Shown here: positions 19,888 to 30,842 of the stretch, in pieces | Position numbering within the stretch: the stretch's first letter is position 1 | Layout: each line of letters begins with the position of its first letter | Source of the DNA: Armatimonadota bacterium | GTDB taxonomy: Bacteria > Armatimonadota > HRBIN16 | NCBI GenBank assembly: GCA_026003195.1 | Contig: BPGU01000005.1 | Location: 129,851-193,850 of the forward strand | Length of the DNA: 64,000 nucleotides | Reading direction: 5' to 3' | Translations under genes and position numbers: made by a program | Notes under the pieces: generated by a model | Seen by the model: the letters and a program-made list of their open reading frames with translations, nothing else | What the model was told of the DNA's origin: nothing | Databases searched by the model: none

Positions 19888-21447
19888 TTGCCCTCTGGTA
19901 TCATCGCTCGCGGTGTCGGCGATACGGGGGATCTGGAGGTTCGTTATGGCATAGAGCCTGCTACGGACACTATCTATGCGTTCCTCAAGCCTGGTGTGTT
20001 CTACTCCGACAACGTGCGCAGGTTCCTTTATGCGGACGCCGTGTATGAGAACCTCGGAGCCAATAACGCATGGATGAATCGTTTCATCCTGTCCAGACCG
20101 GCGGCGACTCCCGTATTGGCCAGAGCTCGCATCCGTATCGGTAGCGTCTGGAAAGACCTGACGCCTCTTTACAACGCTGTGGTGATGAACCATGTCAGTT
20201 ACTGGCAGCAGCGTGTGGACGGGCTCTGGGAGACTCCTGTCGACCTGGTGTATCCGTTGAAGGTGTACGATGTGTATGGCAACGGGTACTATCAGGTGGA
20301 CGAGTTCGATGATATCGGCGAGCACAGCTACTTCTTTGACCGTACCCGCAGATACCTTATCGCCATGAAGCCCGGTCTACTGATGGACGGACTGCGTACA
20401 TCTCCAACGGTGGAGGTGTATGAACGCGTCTATCCAGATGGTAACAAACTGCGCACCAGATGGAACGCAGCCGTCGTTCCCAGTAATCCCCAGATCAGCT
20501 GGGCTTATGCCATGTATGGCGATAAGGTGATAGCTCCCGATTCCATAGAGGGCAACGTCTGGACTTTTGCAAAGCCTCTGGACCCTGTGGTATGGGTTGT
20601 CCGCTACTTTGTGATGAACACCTTCTGCCTGTTCGGTAACGTGCTGGAGGTGTTCACCGAGATATGTGATGATATCTATGTGGAATACGATGCGGCCGAT
20701 ACCACCGGATTTGTGGAGTTTAACTCTTTTGCCGGTTCCTTTCTGAGAGGCACTCAGCTTCTCTGCGCTTCTGCGGAGGGAGCCAGCCGTACCAGTCCGC
20801 CCGCTCTGACAAATCGTGTACCGACTAAACTGGAGATGTCGGTGCTGGAGGACACTCCGTTCGGTCCGCCCGGCGTGATGTTCACCATCGGCGTCACCGC
20901 TCTGGACTCGGCGGGCAGACCGGTGCCGAGAGTGCCCGTCACCTTCAGCAGCACCAGAAGCGATGTGACCTTCGCTCCCGTGTCCGGCGAGACAGACATG
21001 TTCGGCGAGATATCCACCAACGTCTATGTGACCGGATCCACCGGACCGTGCCCCATCACTGCACAGAGCTCCACTTACGGTCTCTCCGTGACCAGAGATG
21101 TGGGATTGATAGGGGCGGGCAGCTCGCGCAACTACGTGGCGGTGCCTTTGCAGGTGTACTGGGAGCGTATCAGCAGACCGGAGCGCGATCTGGATGAGCT
21201 GATACTGCTGTTCTTCCATCCAAACGGCGCTCCTGTTAATCCGACGTCGGTAACCGTGCAGAGCGTATCCGGTCACATGTTCCGTGTGCCTGATGCAGCG
21301 GGCGACCTGGCAAAGTATACGTTCTCACAGAGCAATATGCACGGCGATGGTGTGTTGCTCATATTCATCCCCAAAGAGCCCTTATCGCTGGATCTCGTCA
21401 TACGTAACGAGGATATAGACCAGTTCTTCAGGATAGCGGAGGTGTAG
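19888..21447 (+). CDS. virion structural protein with Ig-like (Big-1-like) domain
   Basis: VTALDSAGRPVPRVPVTFSS...TDMFGE...ITA; GGAGGT RBS, TTG start. Confidence 0.65.
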   Translation: MPSGIIARGVGDTGDLEVRYGIEPATDTIYAFLKPGVFYSDNVRRFLYADAVYENLGANNAWMNRFILSRPAATPVLARARIRIGSVWKDLTPLYNAVVMNHVSYWQQRVDGLWETPVDLVYPLKVYDVYGNGYYQVDEFDDIGEHSYFFDRTRRYLIAMKPGLLMDGLRTSPTVEVYERVYPDGNKLRTRWNAAVVPSNPQISWAYAMYGDKVIAPDSIEGNVWTFAKPLDPVVWVVRYFVMNTFCLFGNVLEVFTEICDDIYVEYDAADTTGFVEFNSFAGSFLRGTQLLCASAEGASRTSPPALTNRVPTKLEMSVLEDTPFGPPGVMFTIGVTALDSAGRPVPRVPVTFSSTRSDVTFAPVSGETDMFGEISTNVYVTGSTGPCPITAQSSTYGLSVTRDVGLIGAGSSRNYVAVPLQVYWERISRPERDLDELILLFFHPNGAPVNPTSVTVQSVSGHMFRVPDAAGDLAKYTFSQSNMHGDGVLLIFIPKEPLSLDLVIRNEDIDQFFRIAEV

Positions 21448-21449
21448 CG

Positions 21450-24400
21450 ATGCCGTCGCTGTCGTCGGTGCCTTCAGTGGACATATTCTACGGATGCCCG
21501 GAGAAGGGAGTGGTGCTCTCCGCTATCTCTTCCCCTGTGCCGGACGATACATACGGTTACTATATTGAGACCGCAGCCGCTCTGAACAGACCGGACCTGA
21601 ACGTGAGTCTCACCTACGGGGAACGGTTTGCATGGCAGGAACAACCGCAGTACACCATGGCTCAGGCGAACGTGGTGCTCAATCCGTTCCTGCAGTATGC
21701 CGACGCCGGCAGTATCCCGTTGAACCAGATGCCTCCCCACTGGAGACTGGTCGACAGCTCCCAGACGAACGGCAGCCGATGGCGGTTCTATCCGTACAGC
21801 ATAAACCCGTCCGGCGCCACACAGAGACTACCGCACGAGCAGATCTATCGTCCCGCTCCATCCGGTGCCTACACCGTGTTCTTCCCGAACGGCTATGCGT
21901 TCCTGTACCCTGCAGACCATCCCATCCCCACCACCAGCGTCAACACCATGAAGTGTATCATAGCCGGGGAATGCGGTAACGTGCAGTTGAACAAGCCTTA
22001 TGTGCTGGAGATATACTATCTGCATGATGTCTGGCCGAGGTTCTCTACAACAGGACCTTCTCCTTATTCCTACGCTCCCAGCGGTCAAGAGAACAACTGG
22101 CGCGCTCTCTCTTACGTCCGTGTACGCGTGTTCGGTGTGGATTCTGGCGGCGTGACCACAGAGACCGCATTGCAGGCGGATTTAAAGAACGTGACGGCAT
22201 CCTCCGTGCCCGGTGTGACACGCATGGTGTTCCATGAGTACGAAGGTAGCGGTTACGGACATGCCGGCGGTGTGATGCGATGGCTGGTATCTTCCAATAT
22301 CGTGTTCTCCAACTCGTCTACGCAGAAGGCGGAGATAGAGATAGGTCTGTATGGGGCTCCTGGCTTCGCCGTCGTAGCGGTATTGATGTATCCGCTGGAA
22401 TCGCTGATGGTGTTCAATAAAGACGCTATGTCCTTCCACAGGACTCAGCAGTTGTTCAACCCGGGCATCGATTTCCTGAGCCGGTACGGTGGTGACACAG
22501 GTAACGGCACTGCGAGCTTAGAGCATGGCGTGCAGGCGCCTCTGTTTGGCGTGGCAGACAAGAGCGGATATTCCTCCAACGAGCCTGTGCCTGTGCCGTC
22601 TGAGAGTGTCGTGCCCATCTCAGAATGCCTGTCCGGCGAGCTGGTGATGTATGTGCGCAAGGCGCTGGGCAGACCGCCGTCGGTGCGTGTGAGCGGAAGT
22701 TATAGACCTGCGGAAGAATGGAGTTACGTGCCTGGTGACAGTTACTTCAAGCCTTCCAACTACGGCGTGTTGAGCTATCCATACACCGGCGGTTATACGA
22801 ATCGCCCGTTGAACATCGCGCGTGGTCAGGTATTAAAGACCTATTCCGCTCCTTCGAGCAAGCCGTACGCAACCTTTGTGGAGTTCCTGAGCTCGGATAT
22901 ACCGGTAAGACCGAACATCCGGTACGGACTACATCTGACCTCAACGATAGACAGACTAACCGGAATATGGCCGAATCCATCGTACAACTCAGCCCCTTAC
23001 GCCCGTTATTCCACCATGTGTTATCAGGTGGCAGTGTACGGTTACGATAAAGATAACAATCTGGTGGAGACTGCGTTCCTTTCCCTGCTGGACAGGTCTG
23101 CCGGTGGATATAACATCGTGGTTCCTGCGGCCACTATGGATTCACTGGAAAGCTACGTTGCACCAGACAACAGGGGATATCGTGTTTATCCGTCCATCTC
23201 TCAACCGTTCGGGTACATCATCTTCCAGAACAGCAGCGTCGTGAAGGCGAGGATAGCGGCTATCGTTTGCCAGCCTTATGTGAGGGTGTCGGATACTAAC
23301 ATCTGGGGCGGATGGCCTCCTTCTGGAGACGACACCACACCTTACCTGATGCTACCGCATCCGTCTCATGATAAGCTGAGGATTCAGAACTGGGGACTGT
23401 TCGAGCTCTGGCCAGAGCCTTTTGCCGCCGGTTCAGCCGATTTCATCCCCTCCGGCATGGCGGACTTCACATCCGGTGGATGGACCGCTTCCGGTCTGGT
23501 ATCCATATCCACCACCGGTTCTGAAGCGCCTGGATCATCTGGATACGCGCAGATTACATCCGGGTTCGCCGGCGGATCCATTTATTGCTCTCTGCCGTGG
23601 AGTCAGAGCTCGGAGAGGCAGTTATGGTTCTGCATACGGTTACGTTTACATACTACAGCCACCTACAATGGCGAGCCCCACTTTGGGGCGTTCCGGTTCA
23701 CGCTTATCTGGAAACGGTCTTCCAGAACCGTAAGGGGCACGGTGTTCTACATCAATCCCAAAGCTTCCCAGATGACCAGTCTTGGAGGTGGCTGGTACGA
23801 GGTAGAGTCTCCGGTGTTTACAAACGTTACTCCGTTTGGCATAACCGGTCCGGACTATCCGGATACGCTGGATATAGAGATATTTATGTCTCTGGTTCAG
23901 CCCGGAACGGTGAAGGTAGGATACGTCAACATCGGCTTCAAAGACGATGCGCGGTTCCACAGCACCAGGAAGGAGCGTGTATCGGTCGGTGTCGGTCCGA
24001 GTGTATCTCTGGATCTCACGAACAGGAGTCCGCGCGTGGTGGGTATCAGTCGTGTGAGCAAACACCACTGGGCGTTGAAGGTCAGACCGGGTATAGCCTA
24101 TGTGGATTACACCATACCGTCCTGTGAAAGCAGTCACAGCTGGTTAATAGAAGCCGGGTTCAATCCAGGTGACCGGTTGATGCTGGTCTATACGCTACCG
24201 GAGTATTCCCGGTTGATTCTCAACGGCGTACCTACTCTCTACGCCAGGGAGCGCGTGTTTGTCAAGAACGGTGTGTTCCGTGTATCTCGTCCGGTGAACA
24301 GCCGTATGGACATCGTTCTCACGCTGGACAACGGCACTTCCATATCAGGCAACGGGTCCGGTAGCGTGTTCCATGCAGGAATGTTTGAACAGGAGGTAAC

Positions 24401-25148
24401 TATCCGACAACCATCGTTGTCCGGATATACCGGCGAGGCGGAGGTCTACTATCCGTATTATACAACCGAGTACCTCTATACCGGTTGCTGGCATGGCAGC
24501 AAGCGATGCTATTTGAACCTCAGCGTGCACAGCACCAGCGTCGCTTCTGCACCGTTTGTCTACGGATACCTGTTCTTCCCGGACCCTCCAGATGGGAGTA
24601 CGCAGCCTCCATCCGGGCACGCCAACCGTCTGGGGTTCTACATCTGTCTGAGGCCCAGCATGGCGATACCGTACACAGACTACCAGAACGGCGTGCGTAC
24701 GGGAGTTGTGCTTCCTGCGAATGGTAATCCGGAGACGGCGAACTATCTGTACCATCTGATGGGCGTTTACTATCCGCCGAGGATGAAGAACTTTATCTTT
24801 TATGATCCCACACCGGAAACAACTCCGAACCCTCGTCAAATCGCCTCTATGGTGCTGGCGTGGGTTGCCTTCATGAAACCGCTCGGTTACGCCTACGTGG
24901 ACTTCCTGGACGTGCGCAATCGCGGGGGCGGTCTGCCTGAGGGATACCAGCCTGCCAATGAGACTTTATGGGATGTGGGGAGCTGGGACGGCGACTCGTC
25001 CCGCAGCGCAGGTCGTGCCATTGTGCGGTTGCCGGCATCGCTCTTGCAACCTGCACCGGACAGGGACGCTTTCACGCATGAACAGATCCTGGAGATAGTG
25101 GGCAGGTATCTGCCTGCCGGTATAGATTATGAGGTGGAGTATGTTTAG
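21450..25148 (+). CDS. large virion structural protein (1232 aa)
   Basis: Long ORF with RBS; C-terminal DVRNRGGGLP..WDVGSWDG..YLPAG motif; structural-operon context. Confidence 0.7.
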   Translation: MPSLSSVPSVDIFYGCPEKGVVLSAISSPVPDDTYGYYIETAAALNRPDLNVSLTYGERFAWQEQPQYTMAQANVVLNPFLQYADAGSIPLNQMPPHWRLVDSSQTNGSRWRFYPYSINPSGATQRLPHEQIYRPAPSGAYTVFFPNGYAFLYPADHPIPTTSVNTMKCIIAGECGNVQLNKPYVLEIYYLHDVWPRFSTTGPSPYSYAPSGQENNWRALSYVRVRVFGVDSGGVTTETALQADLKNVTASSVPGVTRMVFHEYEGSGYGHAGGVMRWLVSSNIVFSNSSTQKAEIEIGLYGAPGFAVVAVLMYPLESLMVFNKDAMSFHRTQQLFNPGIDFLSRYGGDTGNGTASLEHGVQAPLFGVADKSGYSSNEPVPVPSESVVPISECLSGELVMYVRKALGRPPSVRVSGSYRPAEEWSYVPGDSYFKPSNYGVLSYPYTGGYTNRPLNIARGQVLKTYSAPSSKPYATFVEFLSSDIPVRPNIRYGLHLTSTIDRLTGIWPNPSYNSAPYARYSTMCYQVAVYGYDKDNNLVETAFLSLLDRSAGGYNIVVPAATMDSLESYVAPDNRGYRVYPSISQPFGYIIFQNSSVVKARIAAIVCQPYVRVSDTNIWGGWPPSGDDTTPYLMLPHPSHDKLRIQNWGLFELWPEPFAAGSADFIPSGMADFTSGGWTASGLVSISTTGSEAPGSSGYAQITSGFAGGSIYCSLPWSQSSERQLWFCIRLRLHTTATYNGEPHFGAFRFTLIWKRSSRTVRGTVFYINPKASQMTSLGGGWYEVESPVFTNVTPFGITGPDYPDTLDIEIFMSLVQPGTVKVGYVNIGFKDDARFHSTRKERVSVGVGPSVSLDLTNRSPRVVGISRVSKHHWALKVRPGIAYVDYTIPSCESSHSWLIEAGFNPGDRLMLVYTLPEYSRLILNGVPTLYARERVFVKNGVFRVSRPVNSRMDIVLTLDNGTSISGNGSGSVFHAGMFEQEVTIRQPSLSGYTGEAEVYYPYYTTEYLYTGCWHGSKRCYLNLSVHSTSVASAPFVYGYLFFPDPPDGSTQPPSGHANRLGFYICLRPSMAIPYTDYQNGVRTGVVLPANGNPETANYLYHLMGVYYPPRMKNFIFYDPTPETTPNPRQIASMVLAWVAFMKPLGYAYVDFLDVRNRGGGLPEGYQPANETLWDVGSWDGDSSRSAGRAIVRLPASLLQPAPDRDAFTHEQILEIVGRYLPAGIDYEVEYV

Positions 25149-28100
25149 CGATTGGGAGCGACTGTACTCAACATGGGAGGATATCGCGTCGGCGGATGAA
25201 CGCAACGCTGCGTCGGTGTTACGTATTGGGCTGGAAGCGATACTGGAGGCGATGACCGACCTTTACCGGCAGTATGATGCCCTGGTGGAGGATATGCAGG
25301 CTGCCCATAACGCCATGTTGAGACAGATCAGCACGGTACAGACGCTGCTGGCGGACACGCGCAAGCGCATGAACGCCATATTGAAGTCCTCCATCGTGCC
25401 TGGCGGCAAAGGGCTGCATGTGCTCCAGGATATCTGTCTGCTCAACGGGTGCACATACAACTCGTTCTATGACGGTTATGCGCCGAACCCGGCTTTTATG
25501 CATGAGCCTTTGCGCAGGAGCAGGTTATCCCATTCTGAGGTGGTGGTGGACTACGCTACGGGCGATGTGACCGTAGAGGGCGACTGGTCCAGTCTGTGGG
25601 ACGGCAGTGACGATACCGCCGTGCGTTTGATAGTGCACTCTCCCGCTCCGGTATCGCTGGATAACTCCAACCTCAACGTGATAGGCAACTATACCGGTGG
25701 CGCCATTGTGAGGTTGCGCATTGGGTTCGGCGAGTATATCGCCATGAACCAGATAGTGCTGGAGACGGACGAGAAGGTGAAGGTGCTCGGCTACGGTTTG
25801 GAGAGCCCGAACTCCATCAACGGCTTGAACGTGTTTGCCGATCCGAACGTGACCGGCACGTGGTACAACGCAGCGGGTAACTATGCACTCACTCAATACG
25901 ATGAAGTCGTTGCCAGAAACGTGTTAACTCTTATCCCTGAGACGGAGAACGCCTTCGCCAGATACAACGCGGCGAACAGGGCTATTCCCTCCGGTTATGC
26001 CAGTCCTCCATATAGCTCGGGCATCTATCATTCCAGCATCTACAGGCTTCGCGTTCGGTGTCGGGCTCTGGACGCGCCGGTGGAGGCCACTTTCCGTGTA
26101 TTTGACCAGAACGACCGAACCTGTATCACTCACACGGAGGTCATACAGCCCGGGCGCGGTTATTTTGATGTGTACGCTCGTGGTGCGATGCCTAACTCCA
26201 CGCAGATAGGGGTAAGTATATCTGTCAAGCGGGTGGGATGGAATGCCGGTCGACTGCGCGTGCGGGAGGTCACGGTAGTGGACGAGTTCTTCCAGTTCGT
26301 TGTGAACCTGCCATACAGTAACAGGTTCGCGTTTCCCACGTATTACGTCAGACCGATGCGCACGATGACCATCACGCTGGGGCTACAGCACGCTCAGACC
26401 TCTCCTGATGGCGGTATAGACTATGTATGCACCATCCGCAGGCTGGATCTCAGGTTCCCCCAGTACACGAACACCGCCATGATGGTAGCTCCTCCTGTCA
26501 GACAGACCACGCATCCGATTACGGAGGTGCGCGTGTTCGTGGAGGGCGAGAACCTGGAGAACAGCTCCATCGTTGTCGGCTCGGACAGCTCGTTCCTGCA
26601 CTCCGTGACTATCCCGGCGTCTGAGGCTCAATCACCTTCTGGGGTAACGGTCACCTTCCAGCCCACTCTGGGATCGTTGCCACAACCTTCTGGATACAAT
26701 ATCCCGGTGCCGCTACAGTATGCGGTGGAGCAGTTTGAATACGGTCAGGAGTTCGAGCTATCCTATGTGCCCTACTGCAGTGCCTATGCGGTGCGCCAGA
26801 TGCTGGAAAGGATCGGCAAATACGATGCCAATCTCGACCTGAGCGAGGTGGACTTCGACTCGCTGTCCGAGATGGGATTCTCGCAGTTCCGGTCGCTTGT
26901 TACCACCGTAGATACAAACAGCGGTGAATGGTCAGGCACGTTGCTCGGTCAGAATCGCAACCTTCAGTTTGAGGACAATCCAGACTTCGTTGCCCTGTAC
27001 GGCACGCTGCCAGCCTCCGGAGGCGGTGCGGAGGATGTGGACCTGATTAACATATCCGTGCGGACGGTAGAGGGCTATCCGACGGTGGTCAAGAACGGTA
27101 GTGGCCAGCCGGGCGATAGCTGGAGCGTGACCGGTGCATGGATTTATAACACCACCGAGAGCGCCGTTCTGCCGCCTCGTGGCGCTGTGGTGCGTGGAGG
27201 AAGAACGTACACCAACCCGTTTGATTACCAGGCGCTGTTGTTAAGGGGCTATCCGCCGGGCACGAGCTTCAGCATTTATTCCAACCAGTTTACCATGGCG
27301 CCGGACAGGGATTATGTGATTCGTTACGAGATCAAGCGCGGCGATGGCGTTACCGGTACACCGGCTAACTTTGTCACCCTGTTCTATGACGGTAACCGCA
27401 GAGATTTGAAGTCCACATGGTCGCCGGATGAACTTTACTCTCAGGAGCTGCAGGTACGGTTACCGTCCAGGTCTGGGAACTATAACGCCACGCTGTTCCT
27501 GTCTACCAGAGATGGCGAAGCGCCGGTGATCAGTCCCATACAGGTGTCCCCTCTGTTCCGCTATCTGAACAGAACGGTGACTGGAGACTATGAGATCACG
27601 GAATACTCGATACCCGGTGGAGTCGTTCATACCGAGTACGTGCGCATATACATCGCATTGTATGGGGCTCCTGTGATATCTGAAGGTCAGCGCATCCGGA
27701 TTCCTGAGATATATGTGTCGGGCGCAAGCGGCTCCGGCTCCAGACCGGATATCACTATGTCTGTTAGACCTCAGGATTCGGATGGCTGGATCAACCTTGG
27801 GGCTCCGACAAACGCATCCTATTCCGGCAGCTCCGACACCGGCACCTTCACCAATCTGGAGTGGACGATGCCTGCAGGGTTTGGGAGCAGACCGGTACAC
27901 TACATAGCCATCCTTGTCCGCAGGAGCTCGGATACCGGTCTGACCATGACGCTCCGCATGAAGTTGCTCGGCAACAATGTGGGCAACAGGCTGGAGCTGG
28001 TGCGCTCTGTGGCCATACCGGATCCGAACAACGTGTCGGCGTCGTTGAGCTGGTCCGCTTCGTCGACAGACCGTGTTATCCGTTTGAGTGACAGGGAGGC

Positions 28101-29133
28101 GCTGTCCATACCGCTGGTTCTGAAGGGGTTTGGCAACAACTCCATCTCCGTCTACGTGAACAACCGCGCCTGGCCTTCGGATCTGGTGCGCATCAATGAT
28201 CCAGAGTACTTCGGTCCGGCTTCGGAGAGCGTGGAGCGTCGGTTGAGTCTGCTCATCTACGGTCAGGGTCAGCAGTTTGTGGTGGAGGATATAGACCTGG
28301 TGGCGAACGGAATGTTAAAGGACCATCCGGTGCCTGTAGCTCTCAAGGCGGGCAGACAGTTCCGCAAGATGTCCACCTTCCAGACCATCGTGCCCGTCAA
28401 GGTGACCGTGGACACTCCGTTCGGGCTGTTCAGACCGGACATCACGGGCGAGTTGCCCCTGTCCGGTAACCGCGAGGTAAGAGACGAGCGTCTGGAGCTG
28501 GCTTCGGACCTGGTGCTGGAGCAGTATGAACAGGACGTGGTGAGCGGACTCATCTCACGGAGCATCCGGTATGATAAGCCGGTATATGCCACCAGGTTCG
28601 CGCCCATAGCCCTGCACCAGAACGGTAATCCCAGACTGGAGTTAAGGATACATAAACGCTCGGACGGTTCGCTGTTCAAGAGGCTTGAGCGTCGCGACTA
28701 TGTGCTCGATCACAGGCGCGGTCTGATACAGCTTCTGGACGATCCCGGCTCGGACTATTACGTTGTCGCCGACTACTGGTTCACCGTGGTGAGCGAGGCG
28801 CAGCTCAGGGCGTATAACGAGCAGGTGCGCGGGGACTGGATAACCAGGAACAGGACGGACTACCTGTCTGGAACAATACCTTCCCTGAAGTCGCTTCGCT
28901 TCACCGCAGACGAGGTATCCGGCTATCCTGTGCTGGAGTACTACCATAACGGTAACAGGCTGATACTCTCACAGGAGATACCGCCTCCTGCCGATGCACG
29001 ATACGCCGTATCGGTAGCTTACTGGTATCTGCCGGTCAATCCGGCGGTGAAGGTCATACTGCGCCCTGGTTATGATTCCACGCTTGAGGTGAACGTGCCT
29101 CCCGTACTGCGCAGACTGGTGGTGATGACATGA
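25141..29133 (+). CDS. large virion structural protein (~1330 aa)
   Basis: N-terminal coiled coil then beta-rich domains; ATG 25141 with GAGGTGGAG RBS. Confidence 0.7.
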   Translation: MFSDWERLYSTWEDIASADERNAASVLRIGLEAILEAMTDLYRQYDALVEDMQAAHNAMLRQISTVQTLLADTRKRMNAILKSSIVPGGKGLHVLQDICLLNGCTYNSFYDGYAPNPAFMHEPLRRSRLSHSEVVVDYATGDVTVEGDWSSLWDGSDDTAVRLIVHSPAPVSLDNSNLNVIGNYTGGAIVRLRIGFGEYIAMNQIVLETDEKVKVLGYGLESPNSINGLNVFADPNVTGTWYNAAGNYALTQYDEVVARNVLTLIPETENAFARYNAANRAIPSGYASPPYSSGIYHSSIYRLRVRCRALDAPVEATFRVFDQNDRTCITHTEVIQPGRGYFDVYARGAMPNSTQIGVSISVKRVGWNAGRLRVREVTVVDEFFQFVVNLPYSNRFAFPTYYVRPMRTMTITLGLQHAQTSPDGGIDYVCTIRRLDLRFPQYTNTAMMVAPPVRQTTHPITEVRVFVEGENLENSSIVVGSDSSFLHSVTIPASEAQSPSGVTVTFQPTLGSLPQPSGYNIPVPLQYAVEQFEYGQEFELSYVPYCSAYAVRQMLERIGKYDANLDLSEVDFDSLSEMGFSQFRSLVTTVDTNSGEWSGTLLGQNRNLQFEDNPDFVALYGTLPASGGGAEDVDLINISVRTVEGYPTVVKNGSGQPGDSWSVTGAWIYNTTESAVLPPRGAVVRGGRTYTNPFDYQALLLRGYPPGTSFSIYSNQFTMAPDRDYVIRYEIKRGDGVTGTPANFVTLFYDGNRRDLKSTWSPDELYSQELQVRLPSRSGNYNATLFLSTRDGEAPVISPIQVSPLFRYLNRTVTGDYEITEYSIPGGVVHTEYVRIYIALYGAPVISEGQRIRIPEIYVSGASGSGSRPDITMSVRPQDSDGWINLGAPTNASYSGSSDTGTFTNLEWTMPAGFGSRPVHYIAILVRRSSDTGLTMTLRMKLLGNNVGNRLELVRSVAIPDPNNVSASLSWSASSTDRVIRLSDREALSIPLVLKGFGNNSISVYVNNRAWPSDLVRINDPEYFGPASESVERRLSLLIYGQGQQFVVEDIDLVANGMLKDHPVPVALKAGRQFRKMSTFQTIVPVKVTVDTPFGLFRPDITGELPLSGNREVRDERLELASDLVLEQYEQDVVSGLISRSIRYDKPVYATRFAPIALHQNGNPRLELRIHKRSDGSLFKRLERRDYVLDHRRGLIQLLDDPGSDYYVVADYWFTVVSEAQLRAYNEQVRGDWITRNRTDYLSGTIPSLKSLRFTADEVSGYPVLEYYHNGNRLILSQEIPPPADARYAVSVAYWYLPVNPAVKVILRPGYDSTLEVNVPPVLRRLVVMT

Positions 29134-30842
29134 AGCAGACTCTCATACCGGCCGAGTGGAACGGTCGTGTTGCCTCCGAACTGCCGCTGGAGGTGATATC
29201 GCTCTGCCAGGATGCACAGCAGCGGATGGAGTCCATTCAATCTGCCGCTCAGCAGCAGATAGAGAGCCTGAACCTTTCCGTGCAGGCGATGGAGTTGCAG
29301 ATAAACGAGATGAACTCTCTCATCTCCAGCATGATGCATCGGGAGCAACCGCTGGACAGGATACTTGTGCCGGAGCGGTTCCTGGAGGACTCGTCCGGTC
29401 AGGGCACGCTGGAGCGCGACGAGTTCACGGGCTCTCTGAGGCTGAAGTCCAACTCCATGCAGGTGGTCAATAACCTGATAAGCGCCGTGTGGATAGACCG
29501 GCAGAACTCTATCGGCATACCGGGCAACAACATGGTGGTTCAGTCTATTGAACAGGGCGAGAAGGGTCTGCCCACGGTGCGTCTGGTTTCCGAGACCGAT
29601 CCCCATGCGAACATCCTGCTCGCCTTTGACAACGGTCTGGACACCTGGCTGGAGTGGGAGCGACTGATGGTGATACCAAAGCAGAGACTGCGCAAGGTGG
29701 AGGACTGTGCCTACTTTGCCGACGAAGCGGGCGAGCTACTCAGCGTGCGGGACGTGACCGCCGGACACGGCTGGACCGTTCGTGTGGCCTATCCCGGTCA
29801 CGAACAGCTGGTGTCCGGTGTGCCGCTGGCTACCTTCAAGGAGGAGCCTTCCGTTGAGGACGCTCCTGCCAGGCTGGCGCTGGAGCTGGAGTTCGCCGAG
29901 ACGCTGAACGGAGTCTGGCTGGAGATAGCGCCATACCGTATCGGCGGACGCGGCACGGTGCTGGAATCGGCGTGGGTGAGCGAGGACGGCGTGAACTGGA
30001 GGAAGTCCGCCACGGGCACGGTGGTGCCGGTGGACGGCGAGGTGAACGGTATCCGCGTGTATCTGCACAATGTGCGGTATGCACGCATCTGGCTCAGGTC
30101 CACCGGCTGGTATATGCCGAGGCTGGGGCTCGGTCATCCGTTCGCAGCCGCTTTCATGAAGCAGACCAGACGCAGTTCGTTGCTTGGGTTCATCCCGCTC
30201 GGTTCGTCTACATCCAGATGGGTGGAGCGGTTGCCCACGGACGAGATATCGGTGGGCACGCTCTCCGTGGCGGAGGACGGGAACACGAAGTTTGTGTCGC
30301 GTGTGGTTGGCGGCGCCGTGGGACTGGCGACAGGTATATCCATGAAGATATTGACACAGGCGATCGGTTCCGCTGCGGTCACCGCGCTCGGTGCAGCCGC
30401 ACCGGTGATAGGCTTCCTGATCGGCGCCGTGGTGCTGGGCGGACTGATATCCACAAAGGTGACGCGCGAGGTGGAGCGCGTCGTGAACGGTGTGGATGTG
30501 TTCAAGGGCTGGCGTTCCGCTGTGGGCGTGCGCGAGATACGGGTGGTGCGCAGAAGCTATGAATCCTATGGGGAATGGACGTCCAGAACATACATGTTCT
30601 CCAAACCGGTGAAACAGATAGCGTTGTGGGTGCATGATGAGGTGCCTGAGGGCACGGAGATCCATTACTTCATCAAAGCGGGCGGTGGCGACTGGGTGGA
30701 ACTGGATGTGAGCAAAGGCAGGAGTTCCAAACTGGACCTGGATATCCCTGTGGAGGATGCACAGGTGAGGATCCAGATGCGAAGCACCGGTGAGGATGCA
30801 ACGCCGGTGGTGTACAGTTTTGTGCTGGAGGGTTATGCGTAA
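29130..30842 (+). CDS. virion structural protein with an internal hydrophobic Gly/Ala hairpin
   Basis: 570-aa ORF; coiled-coil N-terminus; hydrophobic segment at 30303-30455. Confidence 0.7.
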   Translation: MKQTLIPAEWNGRVASELPLEVISLCQDAQQRMESIQSAAQQQIESLNLSVQAMELQINEMNSLISSMMHREQPLDRILVPERFLEDSSGQGTLERDEFTGSLRLKSNSMQVVNNLISAVWIDRQNSIGIPGNNMVVQSIEQGEKGLPTVRLVSETDPHANILLAFDNGLDTWLEWERLMVIPKQRLRKVEDCAYFADEAGELLSVRDVTAGHGWTVRVAYPGHEQLVSGVPLATFKEEPSVEDAPARLALELEFAETLNGVWLEIAPYRIGGRGTVLESAWVSEDGVNWRKSATGTVVPVDGEVNGIRVYLHNVRYARIWLRSTGWYMPRLGLGHPFAAAFMKQTRRSSLLGFIPLGSSTSRWVERLPTDEISVGTLSVAEDGNTKFVSRVVGGAVGLATGISMKILTQAIGSAAVTALGAAAPVIGFLIGAVVLGGLISTKVTREVERVVNGVDVFKGWRSAVGVREIRVVRRSYESYGEWTSRTYMFSKPVKQIALWVHDEVPEGTEIHYFIKAGGGDWVELDVSKGRSSKLDLDIPVEDAQVRIQMRSTGEDATPVVYSFVLEGYA

